The notes: generated by a model not told the origin, from the letters alone. Counted from the first letter of the stretch, positions 9,322-17,493 are shown. The stretch: DNA of 24,000 bases from an uncultured Lentimicrobiaceae bacterium (GCA_964654725.1 CAZZLL010000007.1:9734-33733), one strand, 5' to 3'. Made by a program: numbers and translations.

Positions 9322-9662
9322 TGCTTCAGAAATTTAGGGGTAAAAATAGCAAAATAAAACCAGACAAAGCCTGCCTGAACAGCAGATTGCAATAGAATTA
9401 ATCTATTTGCATTAGGATGAAGAAAATTAAATAAAAAAGTCTTTAAAACTGACAGGCCTGAAAATGGAAGAAGGGATGATTGATGTCCTGTTGAAAATAT
9501 AGAAAAAGTAAAAACAACTATCCTCAGCGAAAGTTAATATCAGTGGTATGTTTTTACTTGGAACATGGGCTGTTGGTAACATTTCAACTGGAGCAATTGG
9601 TATGAGCAACATTGCCTGTATAAGGGGATAAACACCTCACATGCATATTTAGCAAGGAGAAA

Positions 9663-10661
9663 TCAAAGCGTGAGCAATTTCCAGATTGCGTCTTTCATCT
9701 GAAGAATGCCCAGTCCGCTGACAGCGGAAATAAAAACGTGCGGCACATCCCGGGGTATTTCAACATCCATTTCCCTAATCAGTTCATCATCCAGCATATC
9801 GCACTTACTGATAGCCAATATCCTTTCTTTGTCGAGCAGTTCAGGATTGTATTGCTTTAATTCATTCAGCAATACCTGATATTCATTAGTGATATCATCC
9901 GATTCAACAGAGACCAGGAACAACAAAACAGCATTTCGCTCCACATGCCTCAAAAAGCGCAACCCCAATCCTTTTCCTTCATGAGCACCTTCAATTATAC
10001 CGGGGATATCAGCCATAATAAACGATTTCCCTTCGCGGTATGAAACAATTCCAAGATTCGGGCTAAGGGTGGTAAAAGGGTAGTTGTCGATTTTAGGTTT
10101 GGCTGCAGAAACAACTGATAACAGCGTAGATTTTCCGGCATTCGGAAAACCCACAAGGCCGACGTCAGCCAATATTTTCAGTTCCAACACCTTCCAGGCT
10201 TCCTGTCCATCAATGCCAGGCTGTGCATATTTCGGAGCCTGATTTGTAGGTGATTTAAAGTGGTTATTTCCGAGTCCGCCCATACCCCCTTCCAACAGTA
10301 TATGCGTTTCGCCATCTTCAGTAATTTCGCATTCAACTTCCATCGTTTCTGCAGATCGGGCAACAGTACCCAGGGGAACTTCAATAATCACATCCTTTCC
10401 ATTCGCACCGGTTTTAAGCTGATCTCCACCGTTTACGCCATTTTCTGCTTTGATATGTTTGGTATACTTTAAGTGCAAGAGTGTCCACAGTTGTTTGTTC
10501 CCTTTTAAGATGATATGTCCTCCTCTGCCACCATCACCACCATCCGGGCCACCTTTCGGATTAGTCCTGGAACGGAAAAAATGGGCAGAACCGGCTCCTC
10601 CTTTCCCCGTACGACAAAATATTTTCACATAATCTACAAAATTCGACTCGGCCATACTCAT
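9663..10661 (-). CDS. obg: GTPase Obg/CgtA
   Basis: 332 aa. It has the N-terminal glycine-rich Obg fold ([12 protein letters not shown]...[16 protein letters not shown]) and the G motifs [15 protein letters not shown] and SKCD. Its start overlaps the upstream adk stop by 4 nt (ATGA at 10658-10661). Confidence 0.97.
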   Translation of the reverse strand: MSMAESNFVDYVKIFCRTGKGGAGSAHFFRSRTNPKGGPDGGDGGRGGHIILKGNKQLWTLLHLKYTKHIKAENGVNGGDQLKTGANGKDVIIEVPLGTVARSAETMEVECEITEDGETHILLEGGMGGLGNNHFKSPTNQAPKYAQPGIDGQEAWKVLELKILADVGLVGFPNAGKSTLLSVVSAAKPKIDNYPFTTLSPNLGIVSYREGKSFIMADIPGIIEGAHEGKGLGLRFLRHVERNAVLLFLVSVESDDITNEYQVLLNELKQYNPELLDKERILAISKCDMLDDELIREMDVEIPRDVPHVFISAVSGLGILQMKDAIWKLLTL

Positions 10662-11230
10662 CTTATGTTTTCAATTTCATGACAGATCTTTTCAAAAACT
10701 TTATCAACATCAGCCATACCATCAACGGACACAAATTTGCCCCGCTTTTTATAATACCCGATTACCGCCAGGGTTTGTTTCTGGTATACATCCAGGCGGT
10801 TCTTCAATACTTCCAAAGTATCATCCGACCGCCCGGAAGTATTTTTTCGATTAAGGATACGCCTTACCAATTCATGCTCTTCTACCTCTATGGATATCAT
10901 AAGGCTAATTCTGATTTTCTTTTTCAGCAACATTTTATCAAAAACTTCAGCCTGCTGGAATGTACGCGGAAAGCCATCAAATACAAGGCCGTTCGAATAT
11001 ATATGATAAATAGCTTCCCGATACAATTCTCTTAAGACGATGGCATCAGGAACCAGGAGGCCTCTGTCAACAAACTTTTTCATCAGTTCACCGATAGCAG
11101 TTTTGTTCCTGATTTCCCGACGAAAGATTCGCCCGGTAGAAAGATGTTCCAGGTTATAATTTTTTACAATTTTTGCGGATTGCGTACCTTTTCCGCAGCC
11201 CGGAGGGCCATGTATGATTAAGTTCAGCAT
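10658..11230 (-). CDS. adk: Adenylate kinase, short-LID type (module 3 of 3 in this locus)
   Basis: The track start at 11236 is a TTG. The ATG at 11230 gives [18 protein letters not shown], the canonical Adk N-terminus. GFPRT, QQAE and the short [19 protein letters not shown] are present. The AMP-site motif is atypical (STGRIFRRE instead of TGDxLR). Confidence 0.9.
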   Translation of the reverse strand: MLNLIIHGPPGCGKGTQSAKIVKNYNLEHLSTGRIFRREIRNKTAIGELMKKFVDRGLLVPDAIVLRELYREAIYHIYSNGLVFDGFPRTFQQAEVFDKMLLKKKIRISLMISIEVEEHELVRRILNRKNTSGRSDDTLEVLKNRLDVYQKQTLAVIGYYKKRGKFVSVDGMADVDKVFEKICHEIENIR

Positions 11231-11244
11231 TTTCAAAAACTAAG

Positions 11245-12414
11245 CTAGCGCACCCGACGCATATCTATTTCAATGCGATCACAAAGGGACTCGAAAATAT
11301 CATTCATATTTCCTTCACCTGTCAGGGAAGAATACTTATCCTGCAGCTTATAATAATCATTCACCACTTTATACTTTTGATCATATTTTTCAATCCTGTG
11401 AATTACAATTTCCGCATCTGAATCATAAGAGCGTTTATCTCCTGTTTTACCTCTTGCAAGAAGACGTTTTATAGCTGCCATTGAATTTACCTTTAGATGA
11501 TAGACACAGGAAACTGAAGATTGCAATTTACGGAGCAATCCATCCAGAATATAGGCCTGAACAATATTTAAAGGAAATCCGTCGAATACAAAACCGCTGG
11601 CATCCGCATTCTTTTTAATCTTTCTTTCAATGAGCTTGATGACAATTTCATCCGGCACCAGGTCGCCGTTATCCACATATTGTTTTGCTTTTTTACCAAG
11701 TTTGCTGCCAACTTTAATTTCGTAGCGCAGAATATCTCCTGTAGCAATATGCACGAGCTTGTATTTCTCAGCAAGCATTTGGGATTGGGTTCCCTTTCCT
11801 GATCCGGGGCGGCCAGTCAGAATCACATTGAACCAAACATTTCTAAGGGATTCCTCAATAGTGTCATCAATGCGCTTTTGAATGGTTTCTATGGTTCCAA
11901 CTCCATTCAGGGGGAAAAATTTTTCCTGTTCTTTATAAAATTCTGCAACAGGTGCAGTTTTATTATCATATTCCTCCAATCGCCGAACGATCACATCAGC
12001 TGTATCATCAGCCCTGTGTGATGTTTTCCCTCTTTCAAGTAAACGTTCTGTCAACTCCTCTTTAGGAACATTGAGACTGATCATACATCGCAATGTTGAA
12101 TTGAGTTTCAGCATCAATCCTTCAAGGATATATGCCTGAACCACCGTACGCGGAAAACCGTCGAAAAGGATTCCGTTGTGATTTTCATAGTTGATGATAC
12201 GTTTTTCAATGATTTGCACGATGATCTCATCAGATACCAACTCCCCATTATCAATTATTTCTTTTGCTTGTTTTCCCAATCTGCTGTTTTCAGCAATTTC
12301 CTGCCGGAGTATATCACCTGTTGCAATATACACCAGGTTATATTTATCCACCAGAAATTTTGACTGGGTTCCCTTACCGGCGCCCGGCGGTCCGAATAAT
12401 GCAATATTTAACAT
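11245..12414 (-). CDS. Tandem (two-module) adenylate kinase fusion protein
   Basis: 389 aa holding two complete Adk-like modules. Module 1 is aa 1-193 (GPPGAGKGTQ, TGDILRQE, GFPRT, RGKTSHRADD). Module 2 is aa 194-389 (GRPGSGKGTQ, TGDILRYE, GFPLN, RGKTGDKRSYDSD). The frame is continuous with no stop or frameshift between modules. Confidence 0.85.
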   Translation of the reverse strand: MLNIALFGPPGAGKGTQSKFLVDKYNLVYIATGDILRQEIAENSRLGKQAKEIIDNGELVSDEIIVQIIEKRIINYENHNGILFDGFPRTVVQAYILEGLMLKLNSTLRCMISLNVPKEELTERLLERGKTSHRADDTADVIVRRLEEYDNKTAPVAEFYKEQEKFFPLNGVGTIETIQKRIDDTIEESLRNVWFNVILTGRPGSGKGTQSQMLAEKYKLVHIATGDILRYEIKVGSKLGKKAKQYVDNGDLVPDEIVIKLIERKIKKNADASGFVFDGFPLNIVQAYILDGLLRKLQSSVSCVYHLKVNSMAAIKRLLARGKTGDKRSYDSDAEIVIHRIEKYDQKYKVVNDYYKLQDKYSSLTGEGNMNDIFESLCDRIEIDMRRVR

Positions 12415-12424
12415 AATATGTTAT

Positions 12425-12964
12425 TTATGAACTATTATCCAAAACATAGATATCCTGCAAATTCCGGCCGTGTCCATTATAATCAAGACCATAACCCACA
12501 ATAAATTCATCAGGAATTTCAAGTCCCACATAATCAAGATCCAGTTTTTTCTTTAATGCATCCGGTTTAAGCAAAAGGGAGGCTGTAAAGAGTTTATGAG
12601 GATTCATTTTTTTTACTTCCTCCAATAAATAATGCATTGACAGGCCTGAATCTACAATATCTTCAACTACAATAATATTTCTATCCACAATGTTTTCATT
12701 CAAACCAATCAATGAACGTACTTTACCTGTGGATGAAGTACCCTGGTATGAGGCTAATTTTACGAATGAAACCTCACAATCAACACGTATCTTTCGGAGC
12801 AGATCTGCAGCAAAAACAAACGCTCCGTTAAGAACTACCAGAAAAAGTGGGTTGCTGCCTTTTAGCTCTATATTGATCTTTTCAGCTATATTATTTACAG
12901 CCAGTTGAATTTCCATATTATGGATAAAAGGGACAAAATATTTATCGTGCAGGCGAATTCTCAT
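12425..12964 (-). CDS. hpt: Hypoxanthine(-guanine) phosphoribosyltransferase
   Basis: It has the PRPP-binding motif IIVVEDIVDSGLSM plus FIVGYGLDYNGHGRNL. The track start at 12985 is a TTG that overlaps a -7 promoter box. The ATG at 12964 (MRIRLHDKYF...) gives an N-terminus that matches, from memory, the length of typical Bacteroidota Hpt proteins. Confidence 0.93.
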   Translation of the reverse strand: MRIRLHDKYFVPFIHNMEIQLAVNNIAEKINIELKGSNPLFLVVLNGAFVFAADLLRKIRVDCEVSFVKLASYQGTSSTGKVRSLIGLNENIVDRNIIVVEDIVDSGLSMHYLLEEVKKMNPHKLFTASLLLKPDALKKKLDLDYVGLEIPDEFIVGYGLDYNGHGRNLQDIYVLDNSS

Positions 12965-12982
12965 AGAAAGCTTAATATAGAA

Positions 12983-12990
12983 CAAAGGTA
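12983..12990 (-). promoter_or_regulatory. Candidate -7 promoter box (TACCTTTG on the minus strand) for the hpt-adk-adk-obg operon
   Basis: Plus-strand CAAAGGTA is minus-strand TAnnTTTG. It lies 19 nt upstream of the hpt ATG at 12964. Confidence 0.45.
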
Positions 12991-13028
12991 AGGATAATTG
13001 CCCTAAACAATATACGATTTAATATGGT

Positions 13029-13036
13029 TATATTTG
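13029..13036 (+). promoter_or_regulatory. Candidate -7 promoter box (TATATTTG) for purE
   Basis: An exact TAnnTTTG match ends 17 nt upstream of the purE ATG (13054), within the divergent hpt/purE intergenic region. Confidence 0.45.
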
Positions 13037-13053
13037 TATAAAACACGATTAGT

Positions 13054-13557
13054 ATGAATGCAAGAGTAAGTATTATCATGGGCAGTACATCAGACCTGCC
13101 AGTTATGGAGCAAGCTGCAATGATTCTGGATCAGTTTAAAATTCCGTTTGAAATAAATGCGCTAAGTGCTCACCGGACACCAGAAAAGGTAGCAGACTAT
13201 GCCCGTAACGCCCAGGAAAGAGGTATAGAAGTTATTATTGCCGGTGCCGGCATGGCGGCACATTTACCCGGCGTAATTGCAGCCATGGTTGCTGTTCCAG
13301 TTATCGGAGTGCCCATTAAAGCCAGCATAGAGGGGATGGATGCCCTCTTATCCATCGTGCAAATGCCCCCGGGGATACCTGTGGCAACAGTGGGCATTAA
13401 TGGTGCAAAAAATGCCGGAATTTTAGCAGTACAAATCCTCGCCTTAGGAGATAAAGAACTGATGGAGGAATATAAATCGTTTAAAGACGATTTGAAGGAG
13501 AAGGTGGTTAAGGCCAATGAGGAACTTGATAAAATCAAATATAAGTATAAGTTTTAG
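13054..13557 (+). CDS. purE: 5-(carboxyamino)imidazole ribonucleotide mutase (class I PurE)
   Basis: 167 aa. The conserved stretches IIMGSTSD, SAHRTP and IAGAGMAAHLPGV...PVIGVP are characteristic of PurE. Confidence 0.95.
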   Translation: MNARVSIIMGSTSDLPVMEQAAMILDQFKIPFEINALSAHRTPEKVADYARNAQERGIEVIIAGAGMAAHLPGVIAAMVAVPVIGVPIKASIEGMDALLSIVQMPPGIPVATVGINGAKNAGILAVQILALGDKELMEEYKSFKDDLKEKVVKANEELDKIKYKYKF

Positions 13558-14380
13558 GATCGTTTACGGTCTGTTTACCTTATTTTTTATATTTCGATCT
13601 TTTTCAGTTCTTGGTGGTATTCCGCCTATGGGTGCGAGGTCGGCCGGACTGGGTAACACAAATACCTGTCTGACCGGCCTGAGCGCCGCCTTCCATAATC
13701 CTGCAGGCCTCGCTGTCCTTAAACATACTACTGCAGGCAGCTATTACGGAATTCCTTTCCTCCTTGCCGATTTACAAATTCAATCCCTTGCTTTTCATAT
13801 TCCTGTGCATAACGAAAGTATTGGCATTCATTATCTTCAATACGGAAACATTTCTTACAGGGAAATTAAAAGTGGAATAATATATTCAAAAAAAATAACC
13901 CCTGTGCTCCATGCAGGGATCAATTTATATTACCACCGGATACAAATTGCGGGGGAATATGGTCATGGCGGTTATCCCTCATTTTCTCTTGGGATGATCT
14001 TCCAACTTAACAAAAAAATAAATCTTGGTGTTTTCGTGGCAGATGCTTTTGCAGATAAAAACAAATTAATCGATTATGCGGCGCATCCTTCTGCTATCAT
14101 AAAACTTGGGATTAAATATACCCACCTTGACAACCTTACCATTTATGCTGATGTAGAAAAAAGAATGGATACAGAAATCCGGTTAGGGCTCGGAGTGGAG
14201 TATTTTCTGAATAAAAGAATATCTGTCCTGGCAGGTTTAAATTCGCAAGGGCATCAGGCATGCTTTGGTTTCGGAATTCCTTTTGGAAACATGCATTTTT
14301 TGTGTGCAGCTACTATTCATACTAAACTGGGAAGCTCAGTGTACTCCAATTTTGAATATGCATTTAAAGACAGGAAATGA
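13517..14380 (+). CDS. Predicted outer-membrane beta-barrel protein (PorV/PorQ- or TraF_2-like N-terminal motif)
   Basis: 287 aa with a signal-like N-terminus (FRIVYGLFTLFFIFRSFSVLG). The motif GARSAGLGNT...AAFHNPAGLA resembles the G-A-R-x-x-G-M-G-G...NPA opening strand of the PorV/PorQ and TraF_2-type barrel families. The rest alternates in an amphipathic beta pattern. The start is uncertain because it overlaps the purE 3' end by 41 nt. Confidence 0.65.
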   Translation: MRNLIKSNISISFRIVYGLFTLFFIFRSFSVLGGIPPMGARSAGLGNTNTCLTGLSAAFHNPAGLAVLKHTTAGSYYGIPFLLADLQIQSLAFHIPVHNESIGIHYLQYGNISYREIKSGIIYSKKITPVLHAGINLYYHRIQIAGEYGHGGYPSFSLGMIFQLNKKINLGVFVADAFADKNKLIDYAAHPSAIIKLGIKYTHLDNLTIYADVEKRMDTEIRLGLGVEYFLNKRISVLAGLNSQGHQACFGFGIPFGNMHFLCAATIHTKLGSSVYSNFEYAFKDRK

Positions 14381-16452
14381 GATGTATTGGAAGGTGTAGT
14401 TGTTTACTGTTCATGGTGCTTGTCTTAAATTGCATAACAAAAGGACAAAATCAACCGGAAGAAAGGCATATTGCTGAAGTTCTTGAATATCTTGAAACGA
14501 ATGAACAAGAAATAAATGAAAGTTATGATATAAGTGAAATATCTGAATCAATTACCAATTATATCCATGCTCCTCTCCGTATCAACCTGGCTGATAAACC
14601 AGAATTACTGCGGTTTCCTTTCTTTGATGAAAGAGATGCAATTTCAATAACAGAATATGTAAACAGATACGGAGCCATTCTCAGCATTTTCGAATTATTG
14701 GTCATTGACGGATTTGACCGAAAAAAAGTTCTGATTTGCAAGGAACTGATTAGTCTTGAAACAAATATGCCCAAAGAAGAAATACAGCTTAGAAAAATCT
14801 TTGATTATCCCGGGAACAAGTTGATCTTTAAATATGAAAGCATTGCGGAAAAACAAGCGGGATTTAAGGCGACCTTAAATGATCAGGGGGAAAATCAGAA
14901 TCCAAAATACCAGGGGGATCCGTCCAAGTTCTACATAAAATACCAATATGCGTATCATAGTACCCTCAAAGCAGGAATAACAGCTGAAAAAGATAAAGGT
15001 GAAGCGTTTACAAAAAACGGAGGGTTTGATTTCTATTCAGGATATATCCAATATCAAGATCCCGGGAAAAAACTGAAAATCATTCTTGGAGACCATCATC
15101 TTCAATTCGGACAGGGTCTTGTATGCTGGACAGGTTTTGGTGCAGCTTTAGGGGGCTCCTCTGGCAGTGAAAAAAAATATGGCAGCGGTATAAAGAAATA
15201 CTCATCTTCAACCGAAAACGGCTATTTACGGGGTCTTGGTCTGCAGTATAATACTAATTCCCTTATTAGTTCTATTAGCCTTTCAAGTGTAAAAGATGAT
15301 GCCAATATCAATCAATATGATAGTATCAATGGAAAAGTAATATCTGTCAGTTCATTGCAAAACACAGGATACCACAGGACAGAAAGTGAAATTTATGATA
15401 AAGATGCAATAAGAATCAATAACATTAGCGGTGTGCTGACTTATGTATGCAGGACATACAGCTTAGGAATAAGTTTTCTGGCTACAAAACTAAGTGCAGA
15501 CCTGAACAGGAATGATACTCCTGAAAACCGTTATGATTTTGCCGGCACAAAAAATATTAACAACAGCTTTCATTTCAATATTATTCTTCGAAAACTTACC
15601 CTTTATGGAGAAATCGCAAAAAAATGGCCGGAAGGTTTTGCAGGAATCACCGGGATTAATATTTACCCCGGTTCAGGAATCAGAATAAATGCGATGTATT
15701 GGAACTATTCGAAAAAATATCATAGTTTTTACGGCAAAGCTTATTCTATAATAAATACAATCCAGGCAGAAAGTGGTTATCATGCCTCAATGTTTCTCGA
15801 AGCAGGAAAAGGATATACTTACACCGGAACAATTGATTATGCTGTTTCTGATTTAGTAAGCACATTATGTAAAGTTCCACAACATAAATTCCGGCACCAC
15901 CATACCCTGAGATATATCGGAAACAACTTACGGATAGGCATATGGTACAAAAACAGTAAAAAAACGTGCACAACTTCCAGCGATATTGATCAGGCTTATC
16001 AGGTTGATGAGCAGAGAAGCAGCAGCTTCAAAATAAAATGCACGTACAATATTCAAAAAAATCTTATTCTACAGCATATTGTGGCACTTTCATGGAGCGG
16101 GCCCTTTCTAAAAAATTACGGAAACCTTCTGATACAGGATATGCGATATACTTTCCGTGCTGATAAAGGACAAATTACACTAAGGTACTGCCTTTTTGAT
16201 ACAAAGACCTATAACGACAGGCTTTATGTTTACGAGAATGACCTGCTTTATACATTCTCCATCCCGGCGCTTTTCGATGAAGGATACAGATATTATGTAT
16301 TGTTTAAATATAAGCTAAGCAAGTCCCTAAGAATCGGGATTAAGGTCGGTCGCACAACCTACCTTCATAAACATACGATTGGAACAGGATATGATGAGAT
16401 CCAGGGAAACACAAAAACAAGGATTAAAGCCCAGCTAATAATGAAGTTCTGA
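14377..16452 (+). CDS. Predicted outer-membrane protein: N-terminal degenerate ComEA-like helix-hairpin-helix region fused to a large beta-barrel-like domain
   Basis: 691 aa. ATG at 14377 overlaps the upstream stop (ATGA). A signal peptide is present (MRCIGRCSCLLFMVLVLNCITKGQ). Residues 66-125 (INLADKPELLRFPFFDERDAISITEYVNRYGAILSIFELLVIDGFDRKKV) follow the ComEA HhH spacing (iN.A..eeL..lpgi....A..I..yR...G.f.s..eL..v.Gi..k). The remaining ~550 aa are rich in Y/G/S/T, and the protein ends ...AQLIMKF with a terminal Phe, as many OMP barrels do. Confidence 0.7.
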   Translation: MRCIGRCSCLLFMVLVLNCITKGQNQPEERHIAEVLEYLETNEQEINESYDISEISESITNYIHAPLRINLADKPELLRFPFFDERDAISITEYVNRYGAILSIFELLVIDGFDRKKVLICKELISLETNMPKEEIQLRKIFDYPGNKLIFKYESIAEKQAGFKATLNDQGENQNPKYQGDPSKFYIKYQYAYHSTLKAGITAEKDKGEAFTKNGGFDFYSGYIQYQDPGKKLKIILGDHHLQFGQGLVCWTGFGAALGGSSGSEKKYGSGIKKYSSSTENGYLRGLGLQYNTNSLISSISLSSVKDDANINQYDSINGKVISVSSLQNTGYHRTESEIYDKDAIRINNISGVLTYVCRTYSLGISFLATKLSADLNRNDTPENRYDFAGTKNINNSFHFNIILRKLTLYGEIAKKWPEGFAGITGINIYPGSGIRINAMYWNYSKKYHSFYGKAYSIINTIQAESGYHASMFLEAGKGYTYTGTIDYAVSDLVSTLCKVPQHKFRHHHTLRYIGNNLRIGIWYKNSKKTCTTSSDIDQAYQVDEQRSSSFKIKCTYNIQKNLILQHIVALSWSGPFLKNYGNLLIQDMRYTFRADKGQITLRYCLFDTKTYNDRLYVYENDLLYTFSIPALFDEGYRYYVLFKYKLSKSLRIGIKVGRTTYLHKHTIGTGYDEIQGNTKTRIKAQLIMKF

Positions 16453-16458
16453 ACCGGA

Positions 16459-16992
16459 TCAGTTCTTGTTCAGGTTTCGCAGGCTTTGCATTTCTCTGAT
16501 CTTTAATAATTTTGACAAACGGGAGATCGCGTCCAATTGAATATCCCCGACTATAGACATCAAGGTTGTTTTCTGGCCATTCCTGACTAACATTAACAGT
16601 TCTTTGATTTGCTCATTTTGCTTCCTGGTGAGAAATCTGATCTTACGGCCTTTTTGGTTCACAACAATAAGAACCTCATACGTCTCCTGGGGAATCTGCT
16701 GATAAAAGTCATTAAAGTATGAGATGCTCTTATCCGTGGAAACTGAATCCCAGGTATAACTGAGAATAACAATTTTCTTTACATCCTGCATAGTTGATTG
16801 AAATTCTTTATCATCCTCCGGATCCTGATCATTCTTTTGGCGCATTAATTCGAACATATCCTCTGTGATCACAACAAAGCTAAGATCCTCATTATTCATA
16901 TATTTATTAAAAACATCCTTCATCGCAGTTTCCTGCGAAAATGTTGCCAGGCAATACAGGCAAGTCATTAAAAACAAAGCAATCTTTTTCAT
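16459..16992 (-). CDS. DUF4252-family secreted protein
   Basis: 177 aa with a signal peptide (MKKIALFLMTCLYCLATFSQ). The layout (FNKY.NNEDLSFVVITEDMF...IRFLTRK....IKELLMLV.....T.LMSIVGDIQLD.ISRLSK) matches DUF4252. It sits last in an ECF sigma / anti-sigma operon. Confidence 0.8.
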   Translation of the reverse strand: MKKIALFLMTCLYCLATFSQETAMKDVFNKYMNNEDLSFVVITEDMFELMRQKNDQDPEDDKEFQSTMQDVKKIVILSYTWDSVSTDKSISYFNDFYQQIPQETYEVLIVVNQKGRKIRFLTRKQNEQIKELLMLVRNGQKTTLMSIVGDIQLDAISRLSKLLKIREMQSLRNLNKN

Positions 16993-17019
16993 AACAGATT
17001 TTATTAATTGGCTATTAAT

Positions 17020-17493
17020 TTATTCTGAAACAATCTCAGTAGCGATTTGAAAATTTGCCAGGGCTTCCAGTTCTTCCATGGCTATGTTCAGGTTTTCAGA
17101 AGCAAGCAGCAAAGCTTTTTTTGTTGCATGATACGCCTCATCCGGATTTTCAAAAGTATCTGTATTGATCCTTGCAAGTGATTCGGTTCTATTTGAGGGA
17201 GGATCAATAAGAAACATGATTAAGACCAGGACCACTGCAGCCGCTGATGAAATCACTGCAATCCATACTTTCTTTTTGGTTTGAAATAGGGATTTTCTTT
17301 TATGTAAATATCCTTCCCCTGTTGATTTTAACTGCTTTTCCTCATAAAAAAAATAAAACATAGATGCGTATTCCTGAAATGCTTCAGGGACAGGATTATT
17401 ATTAAAGAACTCCCTAAGTTGCTTTTCTTCCAGGAGAGAAGTTTCAGCATTCAGATATTTTTTGATCAATACATTCAACTCATGATTGTTCAT
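17020..17493 (-). CDS. Putative single-pass anti-sigma factor / membrane partner of the ECF sigma factor
   Basis: 157 aa with one central TM helix (WIAVISSAAAVVLVLIMFLI). Its start overlaps the sigma-factor stop by 14 nt. The call is by position only; I saw no zinc-finger anti-sigma motif. Confidence 0.6.
   Translation of the reverse strand: MNNHELNVLIKKYLNAETSLLEEKQLREFFNNNPVPEAFQEYASMFYFFYEEKQLKSTGEGYLHKRKSLFQTKKKVWIAVISSAAAVVLVLIMFLIDPPSNRTESLARINTDTFENPDEAYHATKKALLLASENLNIAMEELEALANFQIATEIVSE

Noticed and set aside
9427-9612. 61-aa minus-strand ORF with an ATG start in the obg/PAP2 gap
   Set aside because: It is on the same strand as its neighbours, but its composition is odd (CFYFFYIF, Pro/Ser/Ile-rich). 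It has no TM or signal logic and no motif. I kept it only as a possibility within the non-coding-gap finding.
10679-11035. 118-aa plus-strand ORF antisense to adk; similar antisense ORFs lie at 12178-12430, 12690-12908 and 13197-13538
   Set aside because: The opposite strand encodes adk, hpt and purE, all with unmistakable motifs. The antisense products have no features of their own.
11231-11236. Upstream TTG/GTG starts used by the ORF track: 11236 (adk), 12985 (hpt), 22909 (GT2), 20077 (radical SAM), 907 (small protein) and 23954 (DUF422)
   Set aside because: In each case an in-frame ATG slightly downstream gives a canonical N-terminus, an ATGA coupling with the upstream gene, or avoids a promoter box or hairpin. 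For 23954 the frame simply continues open to the window edge.
10658-12414. Possibility that the extra adenylate-kinase modules form a nucleotide-manipulating phage-defence system
   Set aside because: The modules sit exactly in the conserved housekeeping hpt-adk-obg slot and are translationally coupled to obg. They have no associated sensor, nuclease or effector genes. There are no mobile-element or island hallmarks, and composition matches the flanks.
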